A stretch of 64,000 nt of DNA from Nemertoderma westbladi (taxonomy: Eukaryota > Animalia > Xenacoelomorpha), in the NCBI GenBank assembly GCA_032718475.1, contig JAUCBJ010007863.1, forward strand, positions 62,001-126,000, read 5' to 3'. The first letter of the stretch is position 1. Each line of letters opens with the position of its first letter. Under the pieces are notes generated by a model. It was not told where the DNA came from. It saw only the letters and a list, made by a program, of their open reading frames with translations, and ran no database searches. Below are positions 24,564 through 37,547 of this stretch, in pieces. The position numbers were made by a program, and so were the translations under genes.

Positions 24564-27500
24564 TCTCCCTACCTACCTCATCCATAGTGGTGTCTCTGAG
24601 ACTGTAGTTAACCACACCCAACTCCTCCAGCCCCCCTACCTACCTCATCCATAGTGGTGTCTCTGAGACTGTAGTTGACCGCACCCAACTCCTCCAGCCC
24701 CCCTACCTACCTCATCCATAGTGGTGTCTCTGAGACTGTAGTTAACCACACCCAACTCCTCCAGCCCCCCTACCTACCTCATCCATAGTGGTGTCTCTGA
24801 GACTGTAGTTAACCACACCCAACTCCTCCAGCCCCCCTACCTACCTCATCCATAGTGGTGTCTCTGAGACTGTAGTTGACCGCACCCAACTCCTCCAGCC
24901 CCCCTACCTACCTCATCCATAGTGGTGTCTCTGAGACTGTAGTTGACCGCACCCAACTCCTCCAGCTCCCCTACCTACCTCATCCATAGTGGTGTCTCTG
25001 AGACTGTAGTTAACCGCACCCAACTCCTCCAGCCCCCCTACCTACCTCAACCATAGTGGTGTCTCTGAGACTGTAGTTGACCGCACCCAACTCCTCCAGC
25101 CCCCCTACCTACCTCATCCATAGCGGTGTCTCTGAGACTGTAGTTAACCGCACCCAACTCCTCCAGCCCCCCTACCTACCTCATCCATAGTGGTGTCTCT
25201 GAGACTGTAGTTGACCGCACCCAACTCCTCCAGCCCCCCTACCTACCTCATCCATAGTGGTGTCTCTGAGACTGTAGTTAACCACACCCAACTCCTCCAG
25301 CCCCCCTACCTACCTCATCCACAGTGGTGTCTCTGAGACTGTAGTTGACCGCACCCAACTCCTCCAGCCCCCCTACCTACCTCATCCATAGTGGTGTCTC
25401 TGAGACTGTAGTTAACCACACCCAACTCCTCCAGCCCCCCTACCTACCTCATCCATAGTAGTGTCTCTGAGACTGTAGTTAACCACACCCAACTCCTCCA
25501 GCCCCCCTACCTACCTCACCCATAGTGGTGTCTCTGAGACTGTAGTTGACCGCACCCAACTCCTCCAGCTCCCCTACCTACCTCATCCATAGTGGTGTCT
25601 CTGAGACTGTAGTTAACCACACCCAACTCCTCCAGCCCCCCTACCTACCTCATCCATAGTGGTGTCTCTGAGACTGTAGTTGACCGCACCCAACTCCTCC
25701 AGCCCCCCTACCTACCTCATCCATAGTGGTGTCTCTGAGACTGTAGTTAACCACACCCAACTCCTCCAGCCCCCCTACCTACCTCATCCATAGTGGTGTC
25801 TCTGAGACTGTAGTTGACCGCACCCAACTCCTCCAGCCCCCCTACCTACCTCATCCATAGTGGTGTCTCTGAGACTGTAGTTAACCACACCCAACTCCTC
25901 CAGCCCCCCTACCTACCTCATCCATAGTGGTGTCTCTGAGACTGTAGTTGACCGCACCCAACTCCTCCAGCCCCCCTACCTACCTCATCCATAGTGGTGT
26001 CTCTGAGACTGTAGTTAACCGCACCCAACTCCTCCAGCCCCCCTACCTACCTCATCCATAGTGGTGTCTCTGAGACTGTAGTTAACCACACCCAACTCCT
26101 CCAGCCCCCCTACCTACCTCATCCACAGTGGTGTCTCTGAGACTGTAGTTGACCGCACCCAACTCCTCCAGCCCCCCTACCTACCTCATCCATAGTGGTG
26201 TCTCTGAGACTGTAGTTGACCGCACCCAACTCCTCCAGCCCCCCTACCTACCTCATCCATAGTGGTGTCTCTGAGACTGTAGTTAACCGCACCCAACTCC
26301 TCCAGCCCCCCTACCTACCTCATCCATAGTGGTGTCTCTGAGACTGTAGTTGACCGCACCCAACTCCTCCAGCCCCCCTACCTACCTCATCCATAGTGGT
26401 GTCTCTGAGACTGTAGTTAACCGCACCCAACTCCTCCAGCCCCCCTACCTACCTCATCCATAGTGGTGTCTCTGAGACTGTAGTTGACCGCACCCAACTC
26501 CTCCAGCCCCCCTACCTACCTCATCCATAGTGGTGTCTCTGAGACTGTAGTTAACCGCACCCAACTCCTCCAGCCCCCCTACCTACCTCATCCATAGTGG
26601 TGTCTCTGAGACTGTAGTTGACCGCACCCAACTCCTCCAGCCCCCCTACCTACCTCATCCATAGTGGTGTCTCTGAGACTGTAGTTAACCGCACCCAACT
26701 CCTCCAGCCCCCCTACCTACCTCATCCATAGTGGTGTCTCTGAGACTGTAGTTGACCGCACCCAACTCCTCCAGCCCCCCTACCTACCTCATCCATAGTG
26801 GTGTCTCTGAGACTGTAGTTAACCGCACCCAACTCCTCCAGCCCCCCTACCTACCTCATCCATAGTGGTGTCTCTGAGACTGTAGTTGACCGCACCCAAC
26901 TCCTCCAGCTCCCCTACCTACCTCATCCATAGTGGTGTCTCTGAGACTGTAGTTAACCGCACCCAACTCCTCCAGCCCCCCTACCTACCTCATCCATAGT
27001 GGTGTCTCTGAGACTGTAGTTAACCGCACCCAACTCCTCCAGCCCCCCTACCTACCTCATCCATAGTGGTGTCTCTGAGACTGTAGTTAACCGCACCCAA
27101 CTCCTCCAGCCCCCCTACCTACCTCATCCATAGTGGTGTCTCTGAGACTGTAGTTGACCGCACCCAACTCCTCCAGCCCCCCTACCTACCTCATCCATAG
27201 TGGTGTCTCTGAGACTGTAGTTGACCGCACCCAACTCCTCCAGCCCCCCTACCTACCTCATCCATAGTGGTGTCTCTGAGACTGTAGTTGACCGCACCCA
27301 ACTCCTCCAGCCCCCCTACCTACCTCATCCATAGTGGTGTCTCTGAGACTGTAGTTGACCGCACCCAACTCCTCCAGCCCCCCTACCTACCTCATCCATA
27401 GTGGTGTCTCTGAGACTGTAGTTAACCGCACCCAACTCCTCCAGCCCCCCTACCTACCTCATCCATAGTGGTGTCTCTGAGACTGTAGTTGACCGCACCC

Positions 27501-30063
27501 AACTCCTCCAGCCCCCCTACCTACCTCATCCATAGTGGTGTCTCTGAGACTGTAGTTGACCGCACCCAACTCCTCCAGCCCCCCTACCTACCTCATCCAT
27601 AGTGGTGTCTCTGAGACTGTAGTTGACCGCACCCAACTCCTCCAGCCCCCCTACCTACCTCATCCATAGTGGTGTCTCTGAGACTGTAGTTGACCGCACC
27701 CAACTCCTCCAGCCCCCCTACCTACCTCATCCATAGTGGTGTCTCTGAGACTGTAGTTGACCGCACCCAACTCCTCCAGCCCCCCTACCTACCTCATCCA
27801 TAGTGGTGTCTCTGAGACTGTAGTTAACCGCACCCAACTCCTCCAGCCCCCCTACCTACCTCATCCATAGTGGTGTCTCTGAGACTGTAGTTGACCGCAC
27901 CCAACTCCTCCAGCCCCCCTACCTACCTCATCCATAGTGGTGTCTCTGAGACTGTAGTTGACCGCACCCAACTCCTCCAGCCCCCCTACCTACCTCATCC
28001 ATAGTGGTGTCTCTGAGACTGTAGTTGACCGCACCCAACTCCTCCAGCCCCCCTACCTACCTCATCCATAGTGGTGTCTCTGAGACTGTAGTTGACCGCA
28101 CCCAACTCCTCCAGCCCCCCTACCTACCTCATCCATAGTGGTGTCTCTGAGACTGTAGTTGACCGCACCCAACTCCTCCAGCCCCCCTACCTACCTCATC
28201 CATAGTGGTGTCTCTGAGACTGTAGTTGACCGCACCCAACTCCTCCAGCCCCCCTACCTACCTCATCCATAGTGGTGTCTCTGAGACTGTAGTTGACCGC
28301 ACCCAACTCCTCCAGCCCCCCTACCTACCTCATCCATAGTGGTGTCTCTGAGACTGTAGTTGACCGCACCCAACTCCTCCAGCCCCCCTACCTACCTCAT
28401 CCATAGTGGTGTCTCTGAGACTGTAGTTAACCGCACCCAACTCCTCCAGCCCCCCTACCTACCTCATCCATAGTGGTGTCTCTGAGACTGTAGTTGACCG
28501 CACCCAACTCCTCCAGCCCCCCTACCTACCTCATCCATAGTGGTGTCTCTGAGACTGTAGTTAACCGCACCCAACTCCTCCAGCCCCCCTACCTACCTCA
28601 TCCATAGTGGTGTCTCTGAGACTGTAGTTGACCGCACCCAACTCCTCCAGCCCCCCTACCTACCTCATCCATAGTGGTGTCTCTGAGACTGTAGTTGACC
28701 GCACCCAACTCCTCCAGCCCCCCTACCTACCTCATCCATAGTGGTGTCTCTGAGACTGTAGTTAACCGCACCCAACTCCTCCAGCCCCCCTACCTACCTC
28801 ATCCATAGTGGTGTCTCTGAGACTGTAGTTAACCGCACCCAACTCCTCCAGCCCCCCTACCTACCTCATCCATAGTGGTGTCTCTGAGACTGTAGTTGAC
28901 CGCACCCAACTCCTCCAGCCCCCCTACCTACCTCATCCATAGTGGTGTCTCTGAGACTGTAGTTGACCGCACCCAACTCCTCCAGCCCCCCTACCTACCT
29001 CATCCATAGTGGTGTCTCTGAGACTGTAGTTGACCGCACCCAACTCCTCCAGCCCCCCTACCTACCTCATCCATAGCGGTGTCTCTGAGACTGTAGTTGA
29101 CCGCACCCAACTCCTCCAGCCCCGCTACCTACCTCATCCATAGTGGTGTCTCTGAGACTGTAGTTAACCACACCCAACTCCTCCAGCCCCCCTACCTACC
29201 TCATCCATAGTGGTGTCTCTGAGACTGTAGTTAACCACACCCAACTCCTCCAGCCCCCCTACCTACCTCATCCACAGTGGTGTCTCTGAGACTGTAGTTG
29301 ACCGCACCCAACTCCTCCAGCCCCCCTACCTACCTCATCCATAGTGGTGTCTCTGAGACTGTAGTTAACCACACCCAACTCCTCCAGCCCCCCTACCTAC
29401 CTCATCCATAGTGGTGTCTCTGAGACTGTAGTTAACCACACCCAACTCCTCCAGCCCCCCTACCTACCTCATCCATAGTGGTGTCTCTGAGACTGTAGTT
29501 GACCGCACCCAACTCCTCCAGCTCCCCTACCTACCTCATCCATAGTGGTGTCTCTGAGACTGTAGTTAACCACACCCAACTCCTCCAGCCCCCCTACCTA
29601 CCTCATCCATAGTGGTGTCTCTGAGACTGTAGTTAACCACACCCAACTCCTCCAGCCCCCCTACCTACCTCATCCATAGTGGTGTCTCTGAGACTGTAGT
29701 TAACCACACCCAACTCCTCCAGCCCCCCTACCTACCTCATCCATAGTGGTGTCTCTGAGACTGTAGTTAACCACACCCAACTCCTCCAGCCCCCCTACCT
29801 ACCTCATCCATAGTGGTGTCTCTGAGACTGTAGTTGACCGCACCCAACTCCTCCAGCCCCCCTACCTACCTCATCCATAGTGGTGTCTCTGAGACTGTAG
29901 TTGACCGCACCCAACTCCTCCAGCTCCCCTACCTACCTCATCCATAGTGGTGTCTCTGAGACTGTAGTTAACCACACCCAACTCCTCCAGCCCCCCTACC
30001 TACCTCATCCATAGTGGTGTCTCTGAGACTGTAGTTAACCACACCCAACTCCTCCAGTCTCCC
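24564..30063. repeat. 67-bp tandem array (82 periods) spanning an ABCA exon end and 5' splice site
   Basis: The unit encodes LEELGVVNYSLRDTTMDE followed by GTAGGTAGGG. Flanking tctccc microhomologies at 24564 and 30058 are 5494 = 82 x 67 bp apart. Confidence 0.97.
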
Positions 30064-30167
30064 ATCGATGTCGTTGATCATTCGAATAAAGTTTGGGTCG
30101 CCGAGTTCAACAGTCGGGAAACTAAACTTTATTTCGGTGTCGCCATTCCGCGGCTCCGGTTTGGCTA
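30004..30167 (-). CDS. ABCA: ABCA transporter exon: R1 regulatory domain
   Basis: Encodes (V)AKPEPRNGDTEIKFSFP...IDGRLEELGVVNYSLRDTTMDE, resembling the ABCA 'LGISSYGISETTLEE' motif. Acceptor gtgtttcag (phase 1; an alternative NAGNAG site lies 3 nt further on), donor GAG|GTAGGT. Confidence 0.9.
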
Positions 30168-30524
30168 CTGAAACACAAACGAAAAGAGAAACTATTTGAA
30201 ATAATTCAAGCAAATTAATTGTAAACAACAAACAAACTATAAATTAAATATATACAAATCTCATAATAATAAATAATATTGTATATTAGTCCAAAACATA
30301 TGGAATTACAAATGTGCACTAACTATTATATTAAAATGACACTAAAATTGAGTATTATATAAATAAATAAATAAAATGTAATTAACTAGTTTGTGTCAGG
30401 TTGGGCTCGGGTGAGGATCTCGAGGTATAGGGCACAGCGAAGACGATTAGTGAACTTGGGCAATGATGGGCAATTCGAGAAGTGGTCCTTTGATGCAGTT
30501 TCGTTGCTCTGCCAGCAGACACAG

Positions 30525-31565
30525 GATAGATAGATAGATTTATTTATACATTATGTAAAAACAATAACAAACACACCAAACAATGTACCGGTATAAAAGT
30601 ATTGACCCCTAAAGCTTTGCAGCTTATTTCCAAGGGGGTCCTTTATGTTACTTGGTTACAAATACAATATTACACTACGCTAACCTACTACTACTACTAG
30701 GTCGAGCGAACTCGGACAGTGGAAATGGGATCCTTCCAGGTTTCCCGATTCTCCATAGTTCAAGTTGTCGCAATTTCGTTTCTCCCAAGTTCAGTATCCC
30801 TTTCAAGTTGATCTATATATGTTATGGCAGGTCGTCCACGACTGCGCTTTCCATGAGTTGGTTGCCAGAGAAGTAGATCGGGTATGACCTCGTCTTTACT
30901 TCGCCAGCAGTGCCCACTGAATCGTAATCTGCGTTCACGGAGGGTGGTTGATACAGGTGGTATTGTACCATAAAGCTCGGCGTTTGTTATGTGTTGTCTC
31001 CAGCTGATGTTTAGGGCTGCCCTTAGTAGTCTTGTGTAGCAACCATCAATTCGTTGTTCAAGTTATTTAGTCAGTGTCCAGGTCTCACCCCCGTATAAAA
31101 ATACACTTTCCACTGTGGCTCGAAAGAACTTAGTCTTCAGGTGCCTGGAGAGATCTGATTTCCTAAAACGCTAACCTAAAACCAATATAAAACGTAATTA
31201 CACTATGTACATGTACAACTTTACCAAGAGCGTGACAATGTCCGACTCAACGATAAAGATGTAATGTACAGAACAATTTATTATAAAACGTAATTATTAC
31301 AGTATAAATAGTAAATAATTAATAAACTAATAACTTACTGTAGGACTATTGTACCTATTTTTACATTGCACACGGAGGTGAGATTTAACTGCAGATTTAA
31401 AAGAATGTTGATTATTTAGGTTTTTAATTTCATTAGGCAGAGCGTTCCAATTTTTAATACCGTTAAAAAAGAAAGTATCAGATTCAAAGGATTTACAATT
31501 CGGGAGGTAGAAGTTTGAAGCACTAGCTCTGCTACTGTACGAGTGTGTATCGCGTAACAGGATTC
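30525..31565 (-). mobile_element. L2/Crack-like LINE 3' fragment
   Basis: HSYSSR...FFFNGIKNWNALPNEIK...SFKSAVKSHL is a CR1/L2-group C-terminus. The 3' UTR ends in aataaa-(tcta)n. Boundaries approximate. Confidence 0.7.
30688..31167 (-). mobile_element. RTE-clade LINE 3' fragment nested in the L2/Crack fragment
   Basis: FFRATVESVFLYGGETWTLT...RRLRFSGHCWR...KRSRGRP, (TAG)n tail, 11-bp TSD ACGCTAACCTA (30677-30687 and 31168-31178). Confidence 0.85.
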
Positions 31566-32043
31566 CAAGGGCCTCCAACATTTGGCGGCAGTGCACAACT
31601 TACTGTAAGATGGTATCCGTTTGATACGAGTTGGCCGGCAGATCGTCGTCTTACACTAGTTAATTTTGAGAGAAAGATTTCGCTGCTGTTAGGGTCATCA
31701 ATAGTAGCTAATATGGAGCTAGATGATGCTGATACCGCACGAGAGCTTCCAGAAGAAAGCTCTGGTACGGTACAAATCTCATAATGGAAACTATCCGAGA
31801 AATAATATTAATGTGGCACTAATATCAACACCAAATAAGTACGTACGTATCAAGTATAGAGGAATATAACATCTATTTATTTTGGCAAATTAAGGGTATT
31901 TATATATTTTGGGGGTTTTTCAGTTATTTTGGTATGGATTATTGGACTTATAATTTGGTGCCAAATATTTTTTTGGCTTGACTTGTAAATGGCTGGATAG
32001 CCAGACTTCCATTTCACCTGAACTTTAATTGCGATCAACACAC

Positions 32044-32260
32044 CTGGTATATAGGAATGTACCAGCATCGTAAGCAGCTGATGTGCAGCGCCCCCTGACG
32101 GTAGGACGTTAAATGTAAGTCTGTAACCGCTACCGAATTTGTGTTTGAGGAACAAAGAGGACCCGACAGTAACTAGGCGACCGCGGTCCAAAACTGCAAT
32201 CCGGTCTCCAATAGCGTCGGCCTCCTCCATGTAGTGGGTCGAGAGAAGGATAGTTCGACC
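32044..32260 (-). CDS. ABCA: ABCA transporter exon: NBD1 H-loop to start of R1
   Basis: Encodes [49 protein letters not shown]...VHSYIP. Acceptor ttttactttatag, donor CCAG|GTGTGT. Joins RYKQ|GRT in frame. Confidence 0.95.
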
Positions 32261-33655
32261 CTATAAAGTAAAATAGTTCGACCCTATAAAGTAAAATAGT
32301 TCGTCCCTATAAAGTAAAATAGTTCGTCCCTATAAAGTAAAATAGTTCGTCCCTATAAAGTAAAATAGTTCGTCCCTATAAAGTAAAATAGTTCGTCCCT
32401 ATAAAGTGAAATAGTTCGTCCCTATAAAGTAAAATAGTTCGTCCCTATAAAGTAAAATAGTTCGTCCCTACAAAGTAAAATAGTTTATCCCTATAAAGTA
32501 AAATAGTTCGTCCCTATAAAGTAAAATAGTTCGTCCCTATAAAGTAAAATAGTTCGTCCCTATAAAGTAAAATAGTTCGTCCCTATAAAGTAAAATAGTT
32601 CGTCCCTATAAAGTAAAATAGTTCGTCCCTATAAAGTAAAATAGTTCGTCCCTATAAAGTGAAATAGTTCGTCCCTATAAAGTAAAATAGTTCGTCCCTA
32701 TAAAGTAAAATAGTTCGTCCCTACAAAGTAAAATAGTTTATCCCTATAAAGTAAAATAGTTCGTCCCTATAAAGTAAAATAGTTCGTCCCTTTAAAGTAA
32801 ATTAGTTCGTCCCTATAAAGTGAAATAGTTCGTCCCTATAAAGTAAAATAGTTCGTCCCTATAAAGTAAAATAGTTCGTCCCTTTAAAGTAAATTAGTTC
32901 GTCCCTATAACGTGAAATAGTTCGTCCCTATAAAGTAAAATAGTTCGTCCCTATAAAGTAAAATAGTTCGTCCCTTTAAAGCAAAATAGTTCGTCCCTAT
33001 AAAGTGAAATAGTTCGTCCCTATAAAGTAAAATAGTTCGTCCCTATAAAGTAAAATAGTTCGTCCCTATAAAGTAAAATAGTTCGTCCCTATAAAGTAAA
33101 ATAGTTCGTCCCTATAAAGTAAAATAGTTCGTCCCTTTAAAGTAAATTAGTTCGTCCCTATAAAGTGAAATAGTTCGTCCCTATAAAGTAAAATAGTTCG
33201 TCCCTATAAAGTAAAATAGTTCGTCCCTTTAAAGCAAAATAGTTTATCCCTATAAAGTAAAATAGTTCGTCCCTATAAAGTAAAATAGTTCGTCCCTTTA
33301 AAGTAAATTAGTTCGTCCCTATAAAGTGAAATAGTTCGTCCCTATAAAGTAAAATAGTTCGTCCCTATAAAGTAAAATAATTCGTCCCTTTAAAGTAAAA
33401 TAGTTCGTCCCTAAAAAAGTAAAATAGTTTGCCCCTATAAAGTAAAATAAATCGTCCCTTTAAAGTAAAAGAGTTCGTCCCTTTAAAGTAAAATAGTTCG
33501 TCCCTTTAAAGTAAAATAGTTCGTCCCTTTAAAGTAAAATAGTTTGCCCTTATAAAGTAAAATAGTTCGTCCCTTTAAAGTAAAATAGTTTGTCCCTATA
33601 AAGAAAAATAGTTCATCCCTTTAAAGTAAAATAGTTCGTCCCTTTAAAGTAAAAT
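32250..33655. repeat. 23-bp tandem array, exon-proximal part (about 61 copies), spanning an ABCA 3' splice site
   Basis: Unit ccctataaagtaaaatagttcgt; minus strand TTTTACTTTATAG|GGACGAACTA matches the real acceptor TTTTACTTTATAG|GGTCGAACTA. Confidence 0.96.
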
Positions 33656-35097
33656 TGTGACGGGATCCGAGAATCCCGGTTTATCCGGTGTTGGTTATGT
33701 ACGCATCCCCGCCGTGTGAGTGAAAAGGAGTTTGTTATTCTTCCAATGTTATTGATAATATAAAATGTGGTATACAATAGCAGCAAGTAGATATAATAAC
33801 AGATAGCAATTGCAGAAACGGTAATATACTAGTAATATGGTGACGGCGGTGACGGTCTTAAACTGTCACCGTACTGCCATGACTGTACTGAGATAACTGG
33901 ATAATAAACTAAACATCAACCGGTAATATACTCTAGGTTGGCCGTATTACTCAGCTGATGCCCTGCTGTCCCCCCATTGGCTAATAACTCACTTCTCACC
34001 CTCCCATCTCCCTGGGAGTGCTTACCCCTGCTGTCACTCTCTCCCTCCCGGAGGTGTAACCTCTGACCCCCGCTGTGTGTGTGTTCCCTTGGGGCCTGTT
34101 GTCCCCGTTTATTGCTTAAAGCCAACTTTGTGTGGGGTGGTTAGCGGAATTGAATACGCTAACACTCCCCCCCATGATATCTTCCCGGTGAGAAGATAGC
34201 ATCCACCTTTAGTGCGCTACAATTCCGCTGGATCCCGATCTACTATCAGGTGTGGGGTGGAATTATTTTCTTCGGAGCCGGCTTTCCAGGCCGCTCCCTA
34301 TGGGTATGATATCGCTACCCCGCCTTGGTACAACTTTACCTATCTTGCACCAAGACATCTGGCGTCCCGTGTAGGGCCGATTGTGGACTCTCACACAATT
34401 TTTGTTTCCCCAACACTCTCACCACTCTAACTCCGCTCTAACTCCGCTCTTACTCTCTCCCCACACCTGAATCGCACTCGCCTGCACTCTCTCTCGCCAG
34501 CAGCTCCTCTCCATACTCCTCTCTACTCTCTACCACTCCCTAAGGCCCTAATCTCTAATGCTACCCCTGTGCTATCATACTATCTAACTCTCTAACTTAC
34601 TAACTACCTACTATCTTCTACCTACTATCTAACTCTCTTACTAACTCTACTAGCTCTAACTAGAACTCGAACTAAAAAACTCTCTAACTCTCTACTAACT
34701 CTAACTCTACTAACTCTCTGACTCCTCTAAGTCTACTCCGCCTACTACTTTCTACGTGGCACTTTCGGTGCCCAAGACCACGCTACTACTACTTCCGTCT
34801 ACATGGCGCTTGCGGTGCCCACAACCCCACTCTACTACTCGTGGCATGTCAATATGCCACACTCCCTATACCGCCGCCGACTTCTAACCTAACCCGGTAC
34901 TACGTACCCTCTACTCCCGTGGTATGTCTATACCACACTCCCTATACCCGCCGCCTTCTAACCTAACTAACTTCTACCTAACTTTCTAACTAACTTTCTG
35001 ACTACTACTTACTGTCTTCTATTAACTACTATCTAACAATCTGACTACTAACTTCTTACTATCTTCTACTAACTTTCTTATTTAATTATTTTATTAT

Positions 35098-37547
35098 TTA
35101 AATAATTATTTGTACGTGGGAAGGGCGTCTCGCCCTCATTCCCACCCCCCTCAGTCCAAAACATTGGACGACTAAACTCTTAAGGTGCCCCTTCTTCCAG
35201 TAGGCACTCTCCCACTGCCCTCCTATACGTCCTCTTACTCTTCGCCACACTTTCTTCGCCAATTCCAACTGACCAGGAATTGGTTCTCCCTCTTCCGCCA
35301 CCCTAAAATCGGGTCTCTCCGCCGCCTTCTTAACTTCCTCGTCTCTTGGCATCAAAATGCCACCTCCCACCTTGTTGTCTCCCGGCGGCAGAATGAAAAG
35401 AAAGTGAAAGAACAGACAAAACAGAACGTACAATAGTAGTCCTATCCCTTTCAATCCTGTCTTCCTTCTCGACTTCCCCCTTGTCGGTATGCCTCTCAAC
35501 CGGACCGGCGTCTCTTCCGGACACTCCTCTGGACACTCCTCTGGACACTCCTCCAGACTATTGTCCTTCTGACACTCCACCGGACACTCCTCCGGTTTGT
35601 CCTCCGGACATCTCTCCGTCCACTCCTCTCCGTCCCCATACCGATACTTGCTGGGAAATCCATTCTCCCCCGCCAACTCTCCTACTGGCACCTCCCTGCC
35701 TGGCTTATCTACTATCTCCGGCTTCTTCTCTTCGTCCTCTGAGTCTAAGGTGCCTGGTAGCATGCACCCTGATGTCTCCGTCACCCTGGATGGAATATTG
35801 GTTTTAACTGGGCCGCTAAGCATCCATCCGAACGGCGTGAGGATCGCCGTTGGATCCCGCTGCCTGTCTTCGCCGAAGACCGTCTGTGTTCTCTCGTGGG
35901 CCGTCGGGCAGTCCATTCCTACTATAATGGATACCTTCCTAACGTCCACCTTTGGTATTGAGAAATCGATACCGTCCAGGAATCTATATTGTTCGACCTC
36001 AATGTTGGTTGGTTGCCTGGCGTTGATATTTATCGATTCTATCACCTGGATGGGGTCGATGGTCGCCCCATAGTCGCATCCTGGTGCAATCGCTGATATC
36101 CTGCACCACCCCGTCCTCATCTCCAGGACCTCATCCTTACTTGAGACGGTAGTTACCGCCATTCTATTTGGCCTCGTCTTTATCCCTATCTCTTCGGCCA
36201 CCCAGTTCTCCACCAGCGTGAAGGCTGCTCCGCTGTCGACCAGCATTAATGTCGTTACTGATCGACCGCCCTCTCCTGATATCTTCACAGGTACTACCCC
36301 GAGTAGTACTTTTCTCTTCTTTCTTGCCACTGTCGTGCTTGTAGCCATTGTTTGGCCTCCAGTCTCGAACTCTTTAACTGCTGTTTCTCTACACTCTCTG
36401 GATCTGTGTCCTTCTACCACACATCGATGACAGTCCGTTTGCGTCTGTGTAGGCTACACGGTCTTCTTTGGGCAACGCTTGCCAGTATTTACAACTCATG
36501 GTCTTATGGGTTCCATCCCGATGTAATTGGCATTCAAATCCTGGATTGTAGCATTCCCTGTATAGTCCCTCACGTATTGTGCGTAGGTTTACATCTACCG
36601 ATTTAGTGTTTTGGTTATCTAGACTCGGCCTACTGGGTATGTTGGGATTGTGTTTATTTGTGGTGTTATTTTCTTTCTGTCCCTGTCACGGTGTGGCCCT
36701 ACTCCCAGCTAACTGTGGGCTTGTAGCCCTCTGTGTGGCCGCGTGTGGTAGTGACTGTCTTACTCTCGGGAATGGATCTGCAGGATTGTGTTCGGGTTTA
36801 GGCCTGTTGTACTCGATCTTTGGTGCCTTCCCCAAACTATCCTCACTATAGACTGGGTCTGTGATCAACTCGGCTTCGTAGTTGAGGAAGTTTGACATTT
36901 CCTCTAGGCCCGGTTCCGCACCCTTCTTCTCTCAAGTGGAGAAAGCGATTTTCCTCCACTTACTGCGCAGCCAGATCGGCAGTGCCTGCGCTATCGTGGT
37001 GATGTTATTAGATGCGTTGAGTTCTTACGGCGCGTCTAGCGTCTTCAACACGATTAACGCCTTCTCGACCTTGTTCGCAAAGGTCGTTATGCTAACGGGG
37101 TTGTCCTGTAGGCCACCCGATGTTATACCTCTCAGGGTTTGCCGGATGATCTTGGCTGGGTGTCCGTATTCCCTGTCTAGCGCCCGCCATGCTGTCGTGA
37201 AGCCACCCTCGATGCCCTGGTACTGCCTCACGATGTCGTATGCTGGGCCTCCTGTATACACTTGTAGATATTTTAGGCACTCCACCTGCGTCAAGTTCTT
37301 ACTTAGTATCTCGTTGCTGTACATGCGCCGAAATTGCAGGTATTCTTCCGGCCTACTCCCATCGAATTTAAACGGTTCCACGGGTTGTAACTCGATCCTG
37401 GTTTTAAATGAATCGATTAACGTGGCCATTCCCATCTCTTGCGCTTCCAATGGGTTCGATGGATGCTGTATAGATTCTCCCGTTGGGTGCGGTCCGCCCG
37501 TCCTATCTGTTGATTTTATTTGAGTTGGATACATCATTGGGGGTAAC
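35098..37547 (-). pseudogene. E2 capsid, Zn knuckle and aspartic protease region (frameshifted)
   Basis: PVEPFKFDGSRPEEYLQF...; TLMLVDSGAAFTLV (protease DSG); SIIVGMD...AILTPFGWMLSG (BEL-type). Confidence 0.85.
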
